Source: Myxococcota bacterium
GTDB taxonomy: Bacteria > Myxococcota_A > UBA796 > GCA-2862545
Length of the DNA stretch: 64,000 nt
Direction of reading: 5' to 3'
Assembly (NCBI GenBank): GCA_041389565.1
Contig: JAWKRP010000037.1
Location: forward strand, 5,708-69,707
Part shown: positions 17,234 through 25,578 of the stretch, one piece after another
Layout: each line of letters opens with the position of its first letter
Numbering within the stretch: position 1 is the first letter of the stretch
The notes under the pieces: generated by a model
What the model was told of the DNA's origin: nothing
What the model saw: only the letters and a program-made list of their open reading frames with translations
Database searches by the model: none
Program-made: the position numbers and the translations under genes

Positions 17234-17530
17234 GGATCTCCCGGTTCGAGCCCGCCGATGTACCGGTGCACCCGTCGGGTCGCAACGCGCTCACCAAACT
17301 CTTGACCGCATGCAGCACGGCGCATCCGTGCCCGGCCCTTCCCACACGGGCGGATCTCAGCATCACCCCCGGTTGGGCCCGTCTCCATGGGGTGATCTGC
17401 GCGCCCGGATCGAGATGGGCGCCCGTCGACCCCAGGCCACGGCATGTTGCCTCGCTCACGCGAAAGCCGGGGTTTGTTGCACAGTGTTTCAGGGTCGGCC
17501 CCCCGGGTTCCCGACGGACCGCTCGGCGCC

Positions 17531-17905
17531 ATGTTCCGCCTACCCAACCCCGAGGAGCTCCTGACCCCCATGATCATCTTCAACCTCGTTGCCGTCCTCC
17601 AGGCCTGCTTCGCCGCCCTCCCCGCGTTCGCCGTGGGCTTCCTCGTCGCGCTGACGGGGTTCAATCCGGTGGCGCCGTTCCTGGTGACCCTGGGCCTGGC
17701 CTTCGCGCTCACCGACGCGGGTTGGCGGTACCTCGGCGGCCTCGATCGCCCGGACGGCGAGGGCGGCATGGTCCGTGGGCTCGGCTTCCTGAACTTCCTG
17801 CTGCCCTGGGGCGGTGGGCACGTGTTCTTCATCCCGAACTGGATCTCGGGGACGGGCGTGGCCCTGCTGTTCGGCTACGTCGGCATCCTGAGCCTGTTCT
17901 CCTGA
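17531..17905 (+). CDS. Hypothetical small membrane protein (3-4 TM)
   Basis: ATG at 17531 in frame with ORF 17444..17905. MIIFNLVAVLQACFAALPAFAVGFLVALTGF..., LVTLGLAFAL, GTGVALLFGYVGILSLF. Confidence 0.6.
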   Translation: MFRLPNPEELLTPMIIFNLVAVLQACFAALPAFAVGFLVALTGFNPVAPFLVTLGLAFALTDAGWRYLGGLDRPDGEGGMVRGLGFLNFLLPWGGGHVFFIPNWISGTGVALLFGYVGILSLFS

Positions 17906-17912
17906 CGCACGG

Positions 17913-19085
17913 TCACGGGAGGTCGATCGCGAGCATCCAGCTGGGCGGCGAGCCGCCCGTGCGCGTGACGACGAACCGCGATGGGCCCGTGAGGTCGGCC
18001 TCCACGATGCCCGGCGACTGGTTCGCGGCGGACGCTCCGAGCGAGGCTCCCCCGCCGTCCTCGACCTCCAGCATGAGGTTCGAGCTCGGGTTGTCGAGCT
18101 CGAAACGCACCGTGCCGGTGGGCCCCGAGAAGGTGGCGGTCCGCGAGGGCCCGTTGCTGCCACCGCACGCGACGAACGGGAGCGAGATCGGGCCGAGCGC
18201 GGTGTTCGATCCGACGTTGTCGGCGCCGTCGTAGGTGAGGTCGACCACCTGCGTGTCGGAGAGCAGGCCGGACCCGTCCGCGACGGTGAGCTCCACGTCC
18301 AGGGTGTCGCCCGTGCACACCGGCGTGTAGGGCACGAACACCACCGAGGTGCCGCCGTCGACGAAGGTGTCGAGGTCGCCGGGGATGGCGAGCCCCTGGG
18401 GGAGCCCGTCCACCACGAGGGTCGCGAGCCCCCCGGGGAGGTCGCCCGTCGGGTCGGTGGCGACGAAGCGGACCTCGAGCGCCCCGCTGCGGAGGTACAC
18501 CGCGAGGTCGGTCAGCACGGGGCCGTCGGGATCGGGGTCCGTGTCCGTGTCCGTATCGGTGTCCGCATCTGCGTCGGTGTCCGCGTCTGCGTCGGTGTCG
18601 GTGTCCGCATCCGCATCGGTGTCCGTGTCGGTGTCCGCATCCGTGTCGGAGTCCGCATCCGTGTCGGTGTCCGCATCCGTGTCGGAGTCCGCATCCGTGT
18701 CGGAGTCCGCATCCGCGTCGGAGTCCGTGTCCGTGTCCGTGTCCGTGTCCGCGTCGGTGTCCGCGTCCGCATCCGAGTCCGTGTCCGTGTCGGAGTCCGC
18801 GTCCGTATCGGTGTCCGCGTCCGCATCCGCATCGGTGTCCGTGTCGGAATCCGCGTCCGCATCCGCATCGGAATCCGCGTCGGTATCGGTGTCCGTGTCC
18901 GAGTCCGCGTCGGTGTCGGTGTCCGCGTCGACGTTCGACAGGTCCGGCGGCTCGAAGATGTAGGGGCAGCCCGTCAGGGTGAGGAACAGCACGCGCCCTC
19001 CGCACCCGAAGCATACCTGGCGTCGACGCCCTCCACGCGTCGTCCACGCCCGGTCCGACGCGGCGAGCCGCGGTTGCCCATGCAC
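17913..19085 (-). CDS. Secreted lipoprotein, unknown function, with ~135-aa Asp-Thr/Ala/Ser tract
   Basis: Lipobox VLFLTLTGC is followed by [11 protein letters not shown]... and a beta-rich C-terminal domain. The start is uncertain: in-frame GTG at 19085 or 18992, ATG at 19133. The ATG would overlap the divergent lipoprotein gene start at 19132. Confidence 0.65.
   Translation of the reverse strand: MHGQPRLAASDRAWTTRGGRRRQVCFGCGGRVLFLTLTGCPYIFEPPDLSNVDADTDTDADSDTDTDTDADSDADADADSDTDTDADADADTDTDADSDTDTDSDADADTDADTDTDTDTDSDADADSDTDADSDTDADTDTDADSDTDADTDTDTDADADTDTDADADTDADADTDTDTDTDPDPDGPVLTDLAVYLRSGALEVRFVATDPTGDLPGGLATLVVDGLPQGLAIPGDLDTFVDGGTSVVFVPYTPVCTGDTLDVELTVADGSGLLSDTQVVDLTYDGADNVGSNTALGPISLPFVACGGSNGPSRTATFSGPTGTVRFELDNPSSNLMLEVEDGGGASLGASAANQSPGIVEADLTGPSRFVVTRTGGSPPSWMLAIDLP
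18525..18930. repeat. Asp-(Thr/Ala/Ser) coding tract, longest copy (~400 bp)
   Basis: gtccgtgtccgtatcggtgtccgcatctgcgtcggtgtcc... continuous to gtcggtgtccgcgtcgac. Confidence 0.9.
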
Positions 19086-19131
19086 CGATCCGGTCCCGCG
19101 ACGATCCGTGAGTCGCGCTATGGTTCCGACC

Positions 19132-19842
19132 ATGAGAACAGTCAGCGCCGTCGGCATCGTGGTCTTCCTGGGATTCAGCCTCGCTTGTGGTGACGCCACC
19201 AGCATCGGCGGAGGCGGAGGGTCCACCCCGAGGACGCCCGACGCCGCCCCCAAGGTCCCTGCCTACCAGCCCGTCCAGGCCGAAGCCGACGCTCGGGAAG
19301 CCGTCGCCACCGCATGCGCGCTGTACGACAAGAGCGGGTCGTTCAAGGGCGCCGACACCAAGGGCAAGTGGCGCCTCGACAAGAACGGCCTGTGGGTGGA
19401 GGCCTGGAAGAAGAGCCAGCACATCCAGCACGAGCAGGCCGTCACCGGAGTGTACCTGGTCGGCGGAGAGCCCCGTATCGCCGGGCCCGATGGGATGATC
19501 GGCTGCGCGACCACCCCCGAGGCCGAAGACCCGCTGGTGGCGGGGACCGAGCCGCGACCGTGGGTGATGGTGCGCGACGCAGGGGCCGGTGCCGACAAGG
19601 CCACCGCCGTCGCCGGCGCGGTGCAGGGACTGGGAGACCCCGACCTCGTGGTCCTCGGCGAGACCCTCGAGGCCCCGGAGCCGGGTGTGGTCGTGAAGCA
19701 CACCAAGGCCACCGCCGAGCTCGCGGCGAAGATCTCGACGGCCCTCGGCACCACCCACGGAGCCGTGACGCTCGAGGAGTGGCCGGACCGGAAGCGCCCC
19801 GCGCCCGTCGTGGTGAACGTGGGCGGCGCCGCGACGCCGTAG
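19132..19842 (+). CDS. Lipoprotein, unknown function
   Basis: ATG at 19132. Signal and lipobox [19 protein letters not shown] followed by [12 protein letters not shown]. The stop (tag, 19840-19842) abuts the pstB stop. Confidence 0.7.
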   Translation: MRTVSAVGIVVFLGFSLACGDATSIGGGGGSTPRTPDAAPKVPAYQPVQAEADAREAVATACALYDKSGSFKGADTKGKWRLDKNGLWVEAWKKSQHIQHEQAVTGVYLVGGEPRIAGPDGMIGCATTPEAEDPLVAGTEPRPWVMVRDAGAGADKATAVAGAVQGLGDPDLVVLGETLEAPEPGVVVKHTKATAELAAKISTALGTTHGAVTLEEWPDRKRPAPVVVNVGGAATP

Positions 19843-20592
19843 CTATCCGAGGGCGCCCGACAGCCACGCGGCCAGCTCGGGATGCGACGGCGCCGAGAGG
19901 ACCTCTCCGACCGGGCCGTGCTCCACCACCCGACCCCCCTCCGCACCGGGCCACAGGCACACACAGGTGTCCGCGAGGCGCCGCGCCTGACCGAGGTTGT
20001 GGGTGACGATCAAGCGCGTGACCCGGCCCCCGAGCCCCGCCAGCGCGTCCTCGACGCGCATGGTGGACGCTGGATCGAGCGCTGCGCACGGCTCGTCCAG
20101 CAGCAGCACGTCGGGCTCCAGCGCCAGCGCACGCGCGAGGCAGAGCCGCTGGAGCTGCCCGCCCGACAGCGTGGACGCGGCGTGATCGAGCCGATGGGAC
20201 ACCTCCGACCACAGGGCCGCAGCGGTCAGCGCGGACTCCACGCGCCCATCGAGCTCCGAGCGCGCCGTGCCGTGGGCACGCAGCGGGAACGCGAGGTTCT
20301 CGCGGATGGACAGCGGGAACGGCGTCGGGCGCTGGAAGAGCAGGCCGACCCGGCGGCGCAGCACGCGGTCGTCCAGCGAGGCCACGTCGGTGCCATCGAG
20401 CGTGACTCGCCCTTCGACATGGGCGCTCGCGTCGAGATCGTGGAGCCGGTTCAGCGCGAGCAGCAGCGACGACTTCCCGGCGCCCGACGGACCGACCAGG
20501 GCCGTGCACGAGCCCGTCTGGACCACGAGATCGACGTCGCGAACGGCCCACGTGCCGCCGTAGCGGACCCCCACGCGCTCCAGCCCCATCAT
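19843..20592 (-). CDS. pstB: Phosphate ABC transporter ATP-binding protein PstB
   Basis: Walker A GPSGAGKSS, signature LSGGQLQRLCLARAL, Walker B LLLDEP, PstB-type FQRPTPFPLSIRENL. ATG at 20592 overlaps the pstA stop. Confidence 0.92.
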   Translation of the reverse strand: MMGLERVGVRYGGTWAVRDVDLVVQTGSCTALVGPSGAGKSSLLLALNRLHDLDASAHVEGRVTLDGTDVASLDDRVLRRRVGLLFQRPTPFPLSIRENLAFPLRAHGTARSELDGRVESALTAAALWSEVSHRLDHAASTLSGGQLQRLCLARALALEPDVLLLDEPCAALDPASTMRVEDALAGLGGRVTRLIVTHNLGQARRLADTCVCLWPGAEGGRVVEHGPVGEVLSAPSHPELAAWLSGALG

Positions 20593-21407
20593 GGCCGCAC
20601 CCAGGCGGCGATGCGGTGCGGAGCCCAGCGGGCGAACAGCGTGGTTCCGGTGATCACGGCGAACAGGAGCAGGGCGGCCGTCGCTGCACGGCCCTGCCCG
20701 CCCGGCACGTCGACGGCCATCGTGTAGACGTGCAGGGCCAGCACGCGCCCCGGGTCCATCGGGCCGAGCGGCATCCGGAGCGCCGTGCCGGCCGTGAACA
20801 ACAGCGCGGCGGACTCGGCCAGCACGCGCCCGATGGACAGGACCAGCGCGGAGACCAGGCCGGGCAGGGCCGCGGGGAGGATCACCGGACCGAGCAGCTG
20901 CCAGCGATCGAGGCCCGCAGCCGCCCCTGCGCTCCGCCAGGCGTCCGGCACGGCGCGCAGGGCCTCCTCGGCGAGCCGGGCGAACAGCGGCACGATCATC
21001 ACGGCCACCGTGAGCCCTCCGGAGGCCAGCGACCACCCGAGCCCGAGGATCTGGGAGAAGAACGCCATCCCGAACAGCCCGTGCACGATGGACGGAACGG
21101 TCGCGAGGAGATCGAGCGCCACACGTACCGCCGGAGCACGGCGGCCCCCGAACTCCGCGAGCCACACGGCCGTGCCGAGCCCGATGGGGACCGCCACGAT
21201 CAGCGCGATGGCGAGCACCGCGAGGGTCGACACCAGGATGGACGCCATGCCTCCGGACCGCCCGGCATCCGCCGGCACGTCGACCAGCAGCGACCACGAC
21301 ACCCCACCCAGGCCGTCCACGAGCACCCGGCCCACGAGCGCGACCAGCACGGCCAGGACGCTCCATGCGCACGCTGCGGACCCGATGCGGAAGACGCGAT
21401 CGGTCAT
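20589..21407 (-). CDS. pstA: Phosphate ABC transporter permease PstA
   Basis: Six-TM permease with an EAA-like loop (LAEEALRAVPDAWRSAGAAAGLDRWQ). ATG at 21407 overlaps the pstC stop. Confidence 0.9.
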   Translation of the reverse strand: MTDRVFRIGSAACAWSVLAVLVALVGRVLVDGLGGVSWSLLVDVPADAGRSGGMASILVSTLAVLAIALIVAVPIGLGTAVWLAEFGGRRAPAVRVALDLLATVPSIVHGLFGMAFFSQILGLGWSLASGGLTVAVMIVPLFARLAEEALRAVPDAWRSAGAAAGLDRWQLLGPVILPAALPGLVSALVLSIGRVLAESAALLFTAGTALRMPLGPMDPGRVLALHVYTMAVDVPGGQGRAATAALLLFAVITGTTLFARWAPHRIAAWVRP

Positions 21408-22225
21408 GGGCGCGCGGCCCGCAGCGCCACGACGAGCGCGAACAGGGCGAGCGCGCTCACGAACAGTGCCGAGCGGTGGTCTCCGGCAGCATACGCCATC
21501 TCCACCGCGATGCCCCCGGTGAGCGTGCGCACCGGCTGGAAGAGGGAGCCCGGCCACGCGACCGTGTTGCCGGCCACCATGAGCAGCGCCATGGTCTCGC
21601 CGAGCGCCCGGGTGAGCGCGAGCACGGTGGCAGTGCGCAGACCGGGCCAGGCGAGCGGGAGCAGCACGGCCCGCGTGGTCTCCCAGGCGTCCAGACCGAG
21701 CGCTGCGGCCGCACGGACGGGGCCCGCGGGCACCTGCGCGAGCGCGGCGTCCATGCCGAGACCGAGCGTGGGGAGCAGCATCACGGCGAGCGTGAGGATC
21801 GCCGCGCCCAGGGACAGCCCGGGGGGCTGGAGGGCTCGCAGCACGGGCACGACGAGCTGGAGCGCGACGAGCCCGAACACGACGCTGGGGGTGCCGGCCA
21901 GGATGCCGAGCGACGCGCGAACGAGCCCGGCCGCACGGGGCCCTGCGAACCACCGGAGGTGGAGGGCGAGCCCCAGCGACACCGGGAACGCGAGGCCCAC
22001 GGCGCCCGCCGACGACACGATGCTCGCGGCCACCATCTGCAGGAGGAACCAGTGATCCCGGCTCGGCGCCCACTCCCCGCCCGTCAGGAAGGCCAGCGGG
22101 CCCAGGCTCACCAGCGCGCGAGACGCTCCGTGCGCGACCAGCCCGCCGATCGCGAGCGGCAGCAGGCTCGCGAGGGCGACCAGGACGCCGAGGAGCCCGC
22201 GGACATGGCGGTCACGGAGCGACAT
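21404..22225 (-). CDS. pstC: Phosphate ABC transporter permease PstC
   Basis: Permease with the loop MDAALAQVPAGPVRAAAALGLDAWET. Ordered pstS-pstC-pstA-pstB. Confidence 0.9.
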   Translation of the reverse strand: MSLRDRHVRGLLGVLVALASLLPLAIGGLVAHGASRALVSLGPLAFLTGGEWAPSRDHWFLLQMVAASIVSSAGAVGLAFPVSLGLALHLRWFAGPRAAGLVRASLGILAGTPSVVFGLVALQLVVPVLRALQPPGLSLGAAILTLAVMLLPTLGLGMDAALAQVPAGPVRAAAALGLDAWETTRAVLLPLAWPGLRTATVLALTRALGETMALLMVAGNTVAWPGSLFQPVRTLTGGIAVEMAYAAGDHRSALFVSALALFALVVALRAARP

Positions 22226-22982
22226 CGGCGACCGGGACGAAGTCCTCCGCCACCACCAGAGCCTGGCCCGCAGGCGAGCCGAGGAACGCGATGAACTCGG
22301 CCGCCACGGGCCCCGGAGCTCCGTGGGTCACGAGGTTCAGCTCCCGCGACAGCGGCCACGACCCGTCGCGCACGGACGCCACGGTGGCCGCGATGCCGTC
22401 GACGCCGAGCCGGCGCACGGGGATGCCGTCGGCCTCCGCTTGCGCAGCCGACCCGATGCTGACGTACGCCAGGGCGTCCGGGTCGCTCGCGACCGTGGAG
22501 ATCGCCTGCCCGTTGGGTCCGATCACGACGAGATCGTCGCGGAACCGCTCGATGTGGAAGTGGTGCTCGAACAGCTCGCGCGTCGAGCGCCCCTCCTCCT
22601 TGTTCACCACGGTGATGGGCGCGCCGTCGGGCCAGGTGGACACCACCCCCGTGTAGATGTCGAACACCTGCTGCGTGGTGAGCGTCGTTCCAGCCCGGCT
22701 GGCATGGGCGATCAGCGCGATCCCGTCGCGCGCGATCGTGACCTTCTCGAGGTCGGCTTCGTCGTCCTTCAGCGAGCGCGACACCATGCCGATGTCGGCG
22801 AGCCCGGAGCGGGCCGCGCTCACCCCCACCCCGCTCCCGCCCCCCTGGACACTCACGCGTTGCCCCGGATGGGCGGCCTCGAAGCGCTCTGCAGCGACCT
22901 CGGCGAGCGGCCGGATGGTGCTGGATCCGGCCAGTGTGAGCGGGGGTGTCGACGGGCTGCAAGCGAGGAGGAACAGGAACAT
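22212..22982 (-). CDS. pstS: Phosphate-binding lipoprotein, PstS family
   Basis: MFLFLLAC lipobox. LAGSSTIRPLAE...VQGGGSGVG...ADIGMVSR is the PBP_like_2 phosphate-binding pattern. Confidence 0.88.
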   Translation of the reverse strand: MFLFLLACSPSTPPLTLAGSSTIRPLAEVAAERFEAAHPGQRVSVQGGGSGVGVSAARSGLADIGMVSRSLKDDEADLEKVTIARDGIALIAHASRAGTTLTTQQVFDIYTGVVSTWPDGAPITVVNKEEGRSTRELFEHHFHIERFRDDLVVIGPNGQAISTVASDPDALAYVSIGSAAQAEADGIPVRRLGVDGIAATVASVRDGSWPLSRELNLVTHGAPGPVAAEFIAFLGSPAGQALVVAEDFVPVADVAP

Positions 22983-23031
22983 GCGCCGACATATGCAGTG
23001 CAGCGCATGCGTGCACGCGTATCATCCGCCG

Positions 23032-23313
23032 TCAGGTTCGGGAGAACTCCACCGTGCAGCATCCGAGATCGACGTGCCCTTCGCGCCCGGCGGGCGTGAG
23101 TTGGTAGAGCACCCGCCGCTTGTCGCGCCGCCCTTCCACCAGGCCCACCGACTTGAGCGCGCTGAGGTGCCGCGACGCCTGGTAGTGCGGGATGGCGAGC
23201 GCGTCGCTCACCTGGGCCACGGCCAGCTCACCCCCGGCGAGCAGCTGGAGGATCTGGATGCGGGTGCCATCGGCAAGCACCCCGAGGAACTTCGCGCCGG
23301 CGACCGGGTCCAT
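23032..23313 (-). CDS. ArsR/SmtB-family metalloregulatory HTH repressor
   Basis: LADGTRIQILQLLAGGELAVAQVSDALAIPHYQASRHLSALKSVGLVEGRRDKRRVLYQL is a canonical HTH_5/ArsR fold. The C-terminus has a Cys-Cys pair (GCCTVE). Confidence 0.85.
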   Translation of the reverse strand: MDPVAGAKFLGVLADGTRIQILQLLAGGELAVAQVSDALAIPHYQASRHLSALKSVGLVEGRRDKRRVLYQLTPAGREGHVDLGCCTVEFSRT

Positions 23314-23342
23314 GTCGCCAACGTAGCCCTCGCGGGCGCGGG

Positions 23343-24494
23343 GTGTGCGACGCTGCTCCGGATTGCCACGGGATTGCCCTCTTGATCTGGCTCACGACCG
23401 CCCTGGCCGGCCCCGCGACCGTCGAGCACACCCCCGGCGACGGCTTCACGCTCACGAGCGACGACGGCCGGTTCGCGCTGACGTTCCGGTCGCGCCTCCA
23501 GCTGCTCGAGACCGTCGCCCGGACCGGCGATGCACCCTTCGAGCAGGGCCTCACCCTGAGGCGGGCCCGCTTCGACGTGTCCGGACACGGGTTCGGCGAA
23601 GCGCACCGGTGGCGTATGCAGCTCGGGTTCTCCGACAGCGACATCGGGAACACCGAAGACGGGCCCCGCGGGAACCCGCTCCTCGACGCGTACTGGCACT
23701 TCTCGCCGCGCGGTCCCCTCCACGTGCGGCTCGGCCAGTACAAGGTGCCGCTCACCCGCTCCCGCATCGCGTCCACCGCGACGCTCCAGCTGGTCGACCG
23801 TCCCGAGCTCGACGGCGAGTTCGGGCTCGACCGCGATCGCGGCGTCACGGCGGTGCTCTCCGCGGGCGGCGCGTCCGGGCCCCAGGTGAGGTCGTACTTC
23901 GGCGTGTTCGAGGGCAACGGCCGCATCGCGAGCCCGTTCCAGGACCTCGGACTCTTGTTGGTCGGCCGCCTGGAGGTCCAGCCGCTCGGGCCGTTCGACT
24001 ACTACGCGGATGGCGATCTCGAGCGGTCCGAAGACCTGCGGCTGGGGTTCGGGGGCGGCGTCGCCAGCGTCTCGCGCGCGCCCCTGTCGAAGGGGATCAC
24101 CGGGCCGCCGTTCGAAGACGGTCGACCCACCGACATGACCTTGTGGACGGCCGATCTCGTGGTCCGCTGGCACGGCGTGTCGCTCGAGGTCACGGGCGGC
24201 GGTCGCACTGGCATCCGCCGCGCGCCGGCCGGAGCGGAGCCTCCTCGCAACGGGGCCGGGATCACGGGGCAGCTCGGGGTCATGGTCCCGAAGATCCCCG
24301 TGGGCGTGGCCGTGCGCCACACCCACATCGATCCGACCGGGGCGAGCTCCCTCCTGCGGGTGCGCGAGACGCTCGGGGCCGTGAGCTGGTTCCTGCACGG
24401 CCACCCGTACGACCTCACGGCCGACTTCGGCCGCATCGAGATCGGCGGTGAGGAGACCCTGCGCGGGCGGCTCCAGCTCGAGCTCGCCCTCTGA
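23343..24494 (+). CDS. Phosphate-selective porin O/P (OprO/OprP)-like outer-membrane beta-barrel
   Basis: Signal-like IALLIWLTTALAGPA. Alternating beta-strand pattern. FRSRLQL...LRRARFDVSGH...QLGQYKVPLTRS resembles Porin_O_P. Divergent from arsR and next to the pst operon. The start (GTG 23343) is uncertain. Confidence 0.7.
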   Translation: MCDAAPDCHGIALLIWLTTALAGPATVEHTPGDGFTLTSDDGRFALTFRSRLQLLETVARTGDAPFEQGLTLRRARFDVSGHGFGEAHRWRMQLGFSDSDIGNTEDGPRGNPLLDAYWHFSPRGPLHVRLGQYKVPLTRSRIASTATLQLVDRPELDGEFGLDRDRGVTAVLSAGGASGPQVRSYFGVFEGNGRIASPFQDLGLLLVGRLEVQPLGPFDYYADGDLERSEDLRLGFGGGVASVSRAPLSKGITGPPFEDGRPTDMTLWTADLVVRWHGVSLEVTGGGRTGIRRAPAGAEPPRNGAGITGQLGVMVPKIPVGVAVRHTHIDPTGASSLLRVRETLGAVSWFLHGHPYDLTADFGRIEIGGEETLRGRLQLELAL

Positions 24495-24503
24495 GCACGG
24501 CGC

Positions 24504-25214
24504 TCAGAAGCCCCAGCTGCGCCGCTCGGTCTGCTCGGACTCCGCCGACACCGTGTCGTGGTAGCCGTCGGTATGCGTCCGACCCATCCCGGACGTCGTG
24601 GTCTCGCCGTAGCGGGTGGACGAGGACGAGGACTTCTGGCGGGACGTGCTCTCGGACTTGAACCCCGACAGGAAGCCTCCTCGCGGCTGGGGCGCTTCGA
24701 CCACGACGACGGGCTGCGGCGCGGCGTACACGACGGGTTGCGGCGCGACGTACACGACCGCGGGCTCCGCCGGCGCGGCCTCACGGCGCAGCTGGGTCTC
24801 GCCGACCCGGCTGAACGCCTTGTTCCGGTTGTCGTAGTCGAGGAGCAGGCGACGGCCGCTGCGCAGGTCGACGTCCTGGCGCGCGACCTCCTTCATCCAG
24901 GCATTCCGCACCTGGACGATGTGCCGACCGGGCTGCACCCGCACGATGTAGCTCCCACTCGCCGTGTCGTACGCGGCCGCTTCGCCGTCGACGTAGATCT
25001 GCACCATCGCCACCGTATGGATCGCGATCTCGCCGTCTCGCGTGCCCACCGAAGCCGTGCGGACCTGGGCGACCGCTTCCGGCGCGTCCAGGCTCATGCC
25101 GACCATCGCGGCGCCGAGCCCGATCCCGAGCACCAACATGCCCACCGCCATCAGGCCGCTGACGGCGACCATGGCGATGAGGAACCCGACGACCATTCCG
25201 AACAAGTGCCTCAC
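24504..25214 (-). CDS. Hypothetical single-pass membrane protein
   Basis: TM VVGFLIAMVAVSGLMAVGMLVLGIGLGAAMV, then a beta-rich domain (IYVDGEAAAYDTASGSYIVRVQPGRHIVQVRN, PEGA-like) and a PQPVVY repeat. GTG at 25214 or ATG at 25196. Confidence 0.6.
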   Translation of the reverse strand: MRHLFGMVVGFLIAMVAVSGLMAVGMLVLGIGLGAAMVGMSLDAPEAVAQVRTASVGTRDGEIAIHTVAMVQIYVDGEAAAYDTASGSYIVRVQPGRHIVQVRNAWMKEVARQDVDLRSGRRLLLDYDNRNKAFSRVGETQLRREAAPAEPAVVYVAPQPVVYAAPQPVVVVEAPQPRGGFLSGFKSESTSRQKSSSSSTRYGETTTSGMGRTHTDGYHDTVSAESEQTERRSWGF

Positions 25215-25329
25215 ATCACACCCCGACCGAGAAGAACGGGGCCTCCTCCCCGTTTCGTGGCGCGCGCGCGAGCATCCGTTGCAAAGCTGTAGCGAACGCG
25301 TCGAAAGCCCACTGCCAACCCGGAAGTGT

Positions 25330-25578
25330 GTGGGCTCCGCGGGGTTCGTCGCCGACCACACCGACTGCGACGACGCGGATCCTCTGAACCTGAGTGACGC
25401 GCCCGTCGACACCGACACCGACACCCACCCGGACGCCGACACCGATACGGACGCCGACACCGATCCCGCCGGCACGGAGACCGGAGAGGTCCGGCAGGTC
25501 AGCGGAGCGACCGGGTGTGGCTGCTCCGCCGCGGCCGCGCGATGGGCGTGGACCTCCGCCATCGCCCGCAGGCGTTGA
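25330..25578 (+). pseudogene. Possible relic of a DTD-repeat / MYXO-CTERM protein gene
   Basis: The frame reads ...[54 protein letters not shown]. It has an acidic tract plus a degenerate Cys/hydrophobic/RRR tail, but no signal peptide or ATG. Only a GTG at 25330 is available. Confidence 0.3.
25405..25465. repeat. Short Asp-Thr/Ala tract outside any confident gene
   Basis: gtcgacaccgacaccgacacccacccggacgccgacaccgatacggacgccgacaccgat. Confidence 0.8.

Noticed and set aside
16764-17564. ORFs reading the acidic repeat tracts in other frames or strands (SVSVSASAS..., [10 protein letters not shown]..., GVGVRVGV...; also 18349..18963, 18512..18868, 35396..35947, 35662..36015, 53517..54245, 63038..63595, 63069..63896).
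   Set aside because: These are alternative frames of the same (GAC-RCC)n DNA. Only the Asp-Thr/Ala frame connects a lipobox signal peptide to a folded domain.
25042-25578. Full 178-aa + strand ORF spanning the orphan acidic tract.
   Set aside because: Its 5' half overlaps the better-supported minus-strand membrane-protein gene (24504..25214) and looks like off-frame sequence. Only the 3' part (25330..25578) was kept, as a possible relic.
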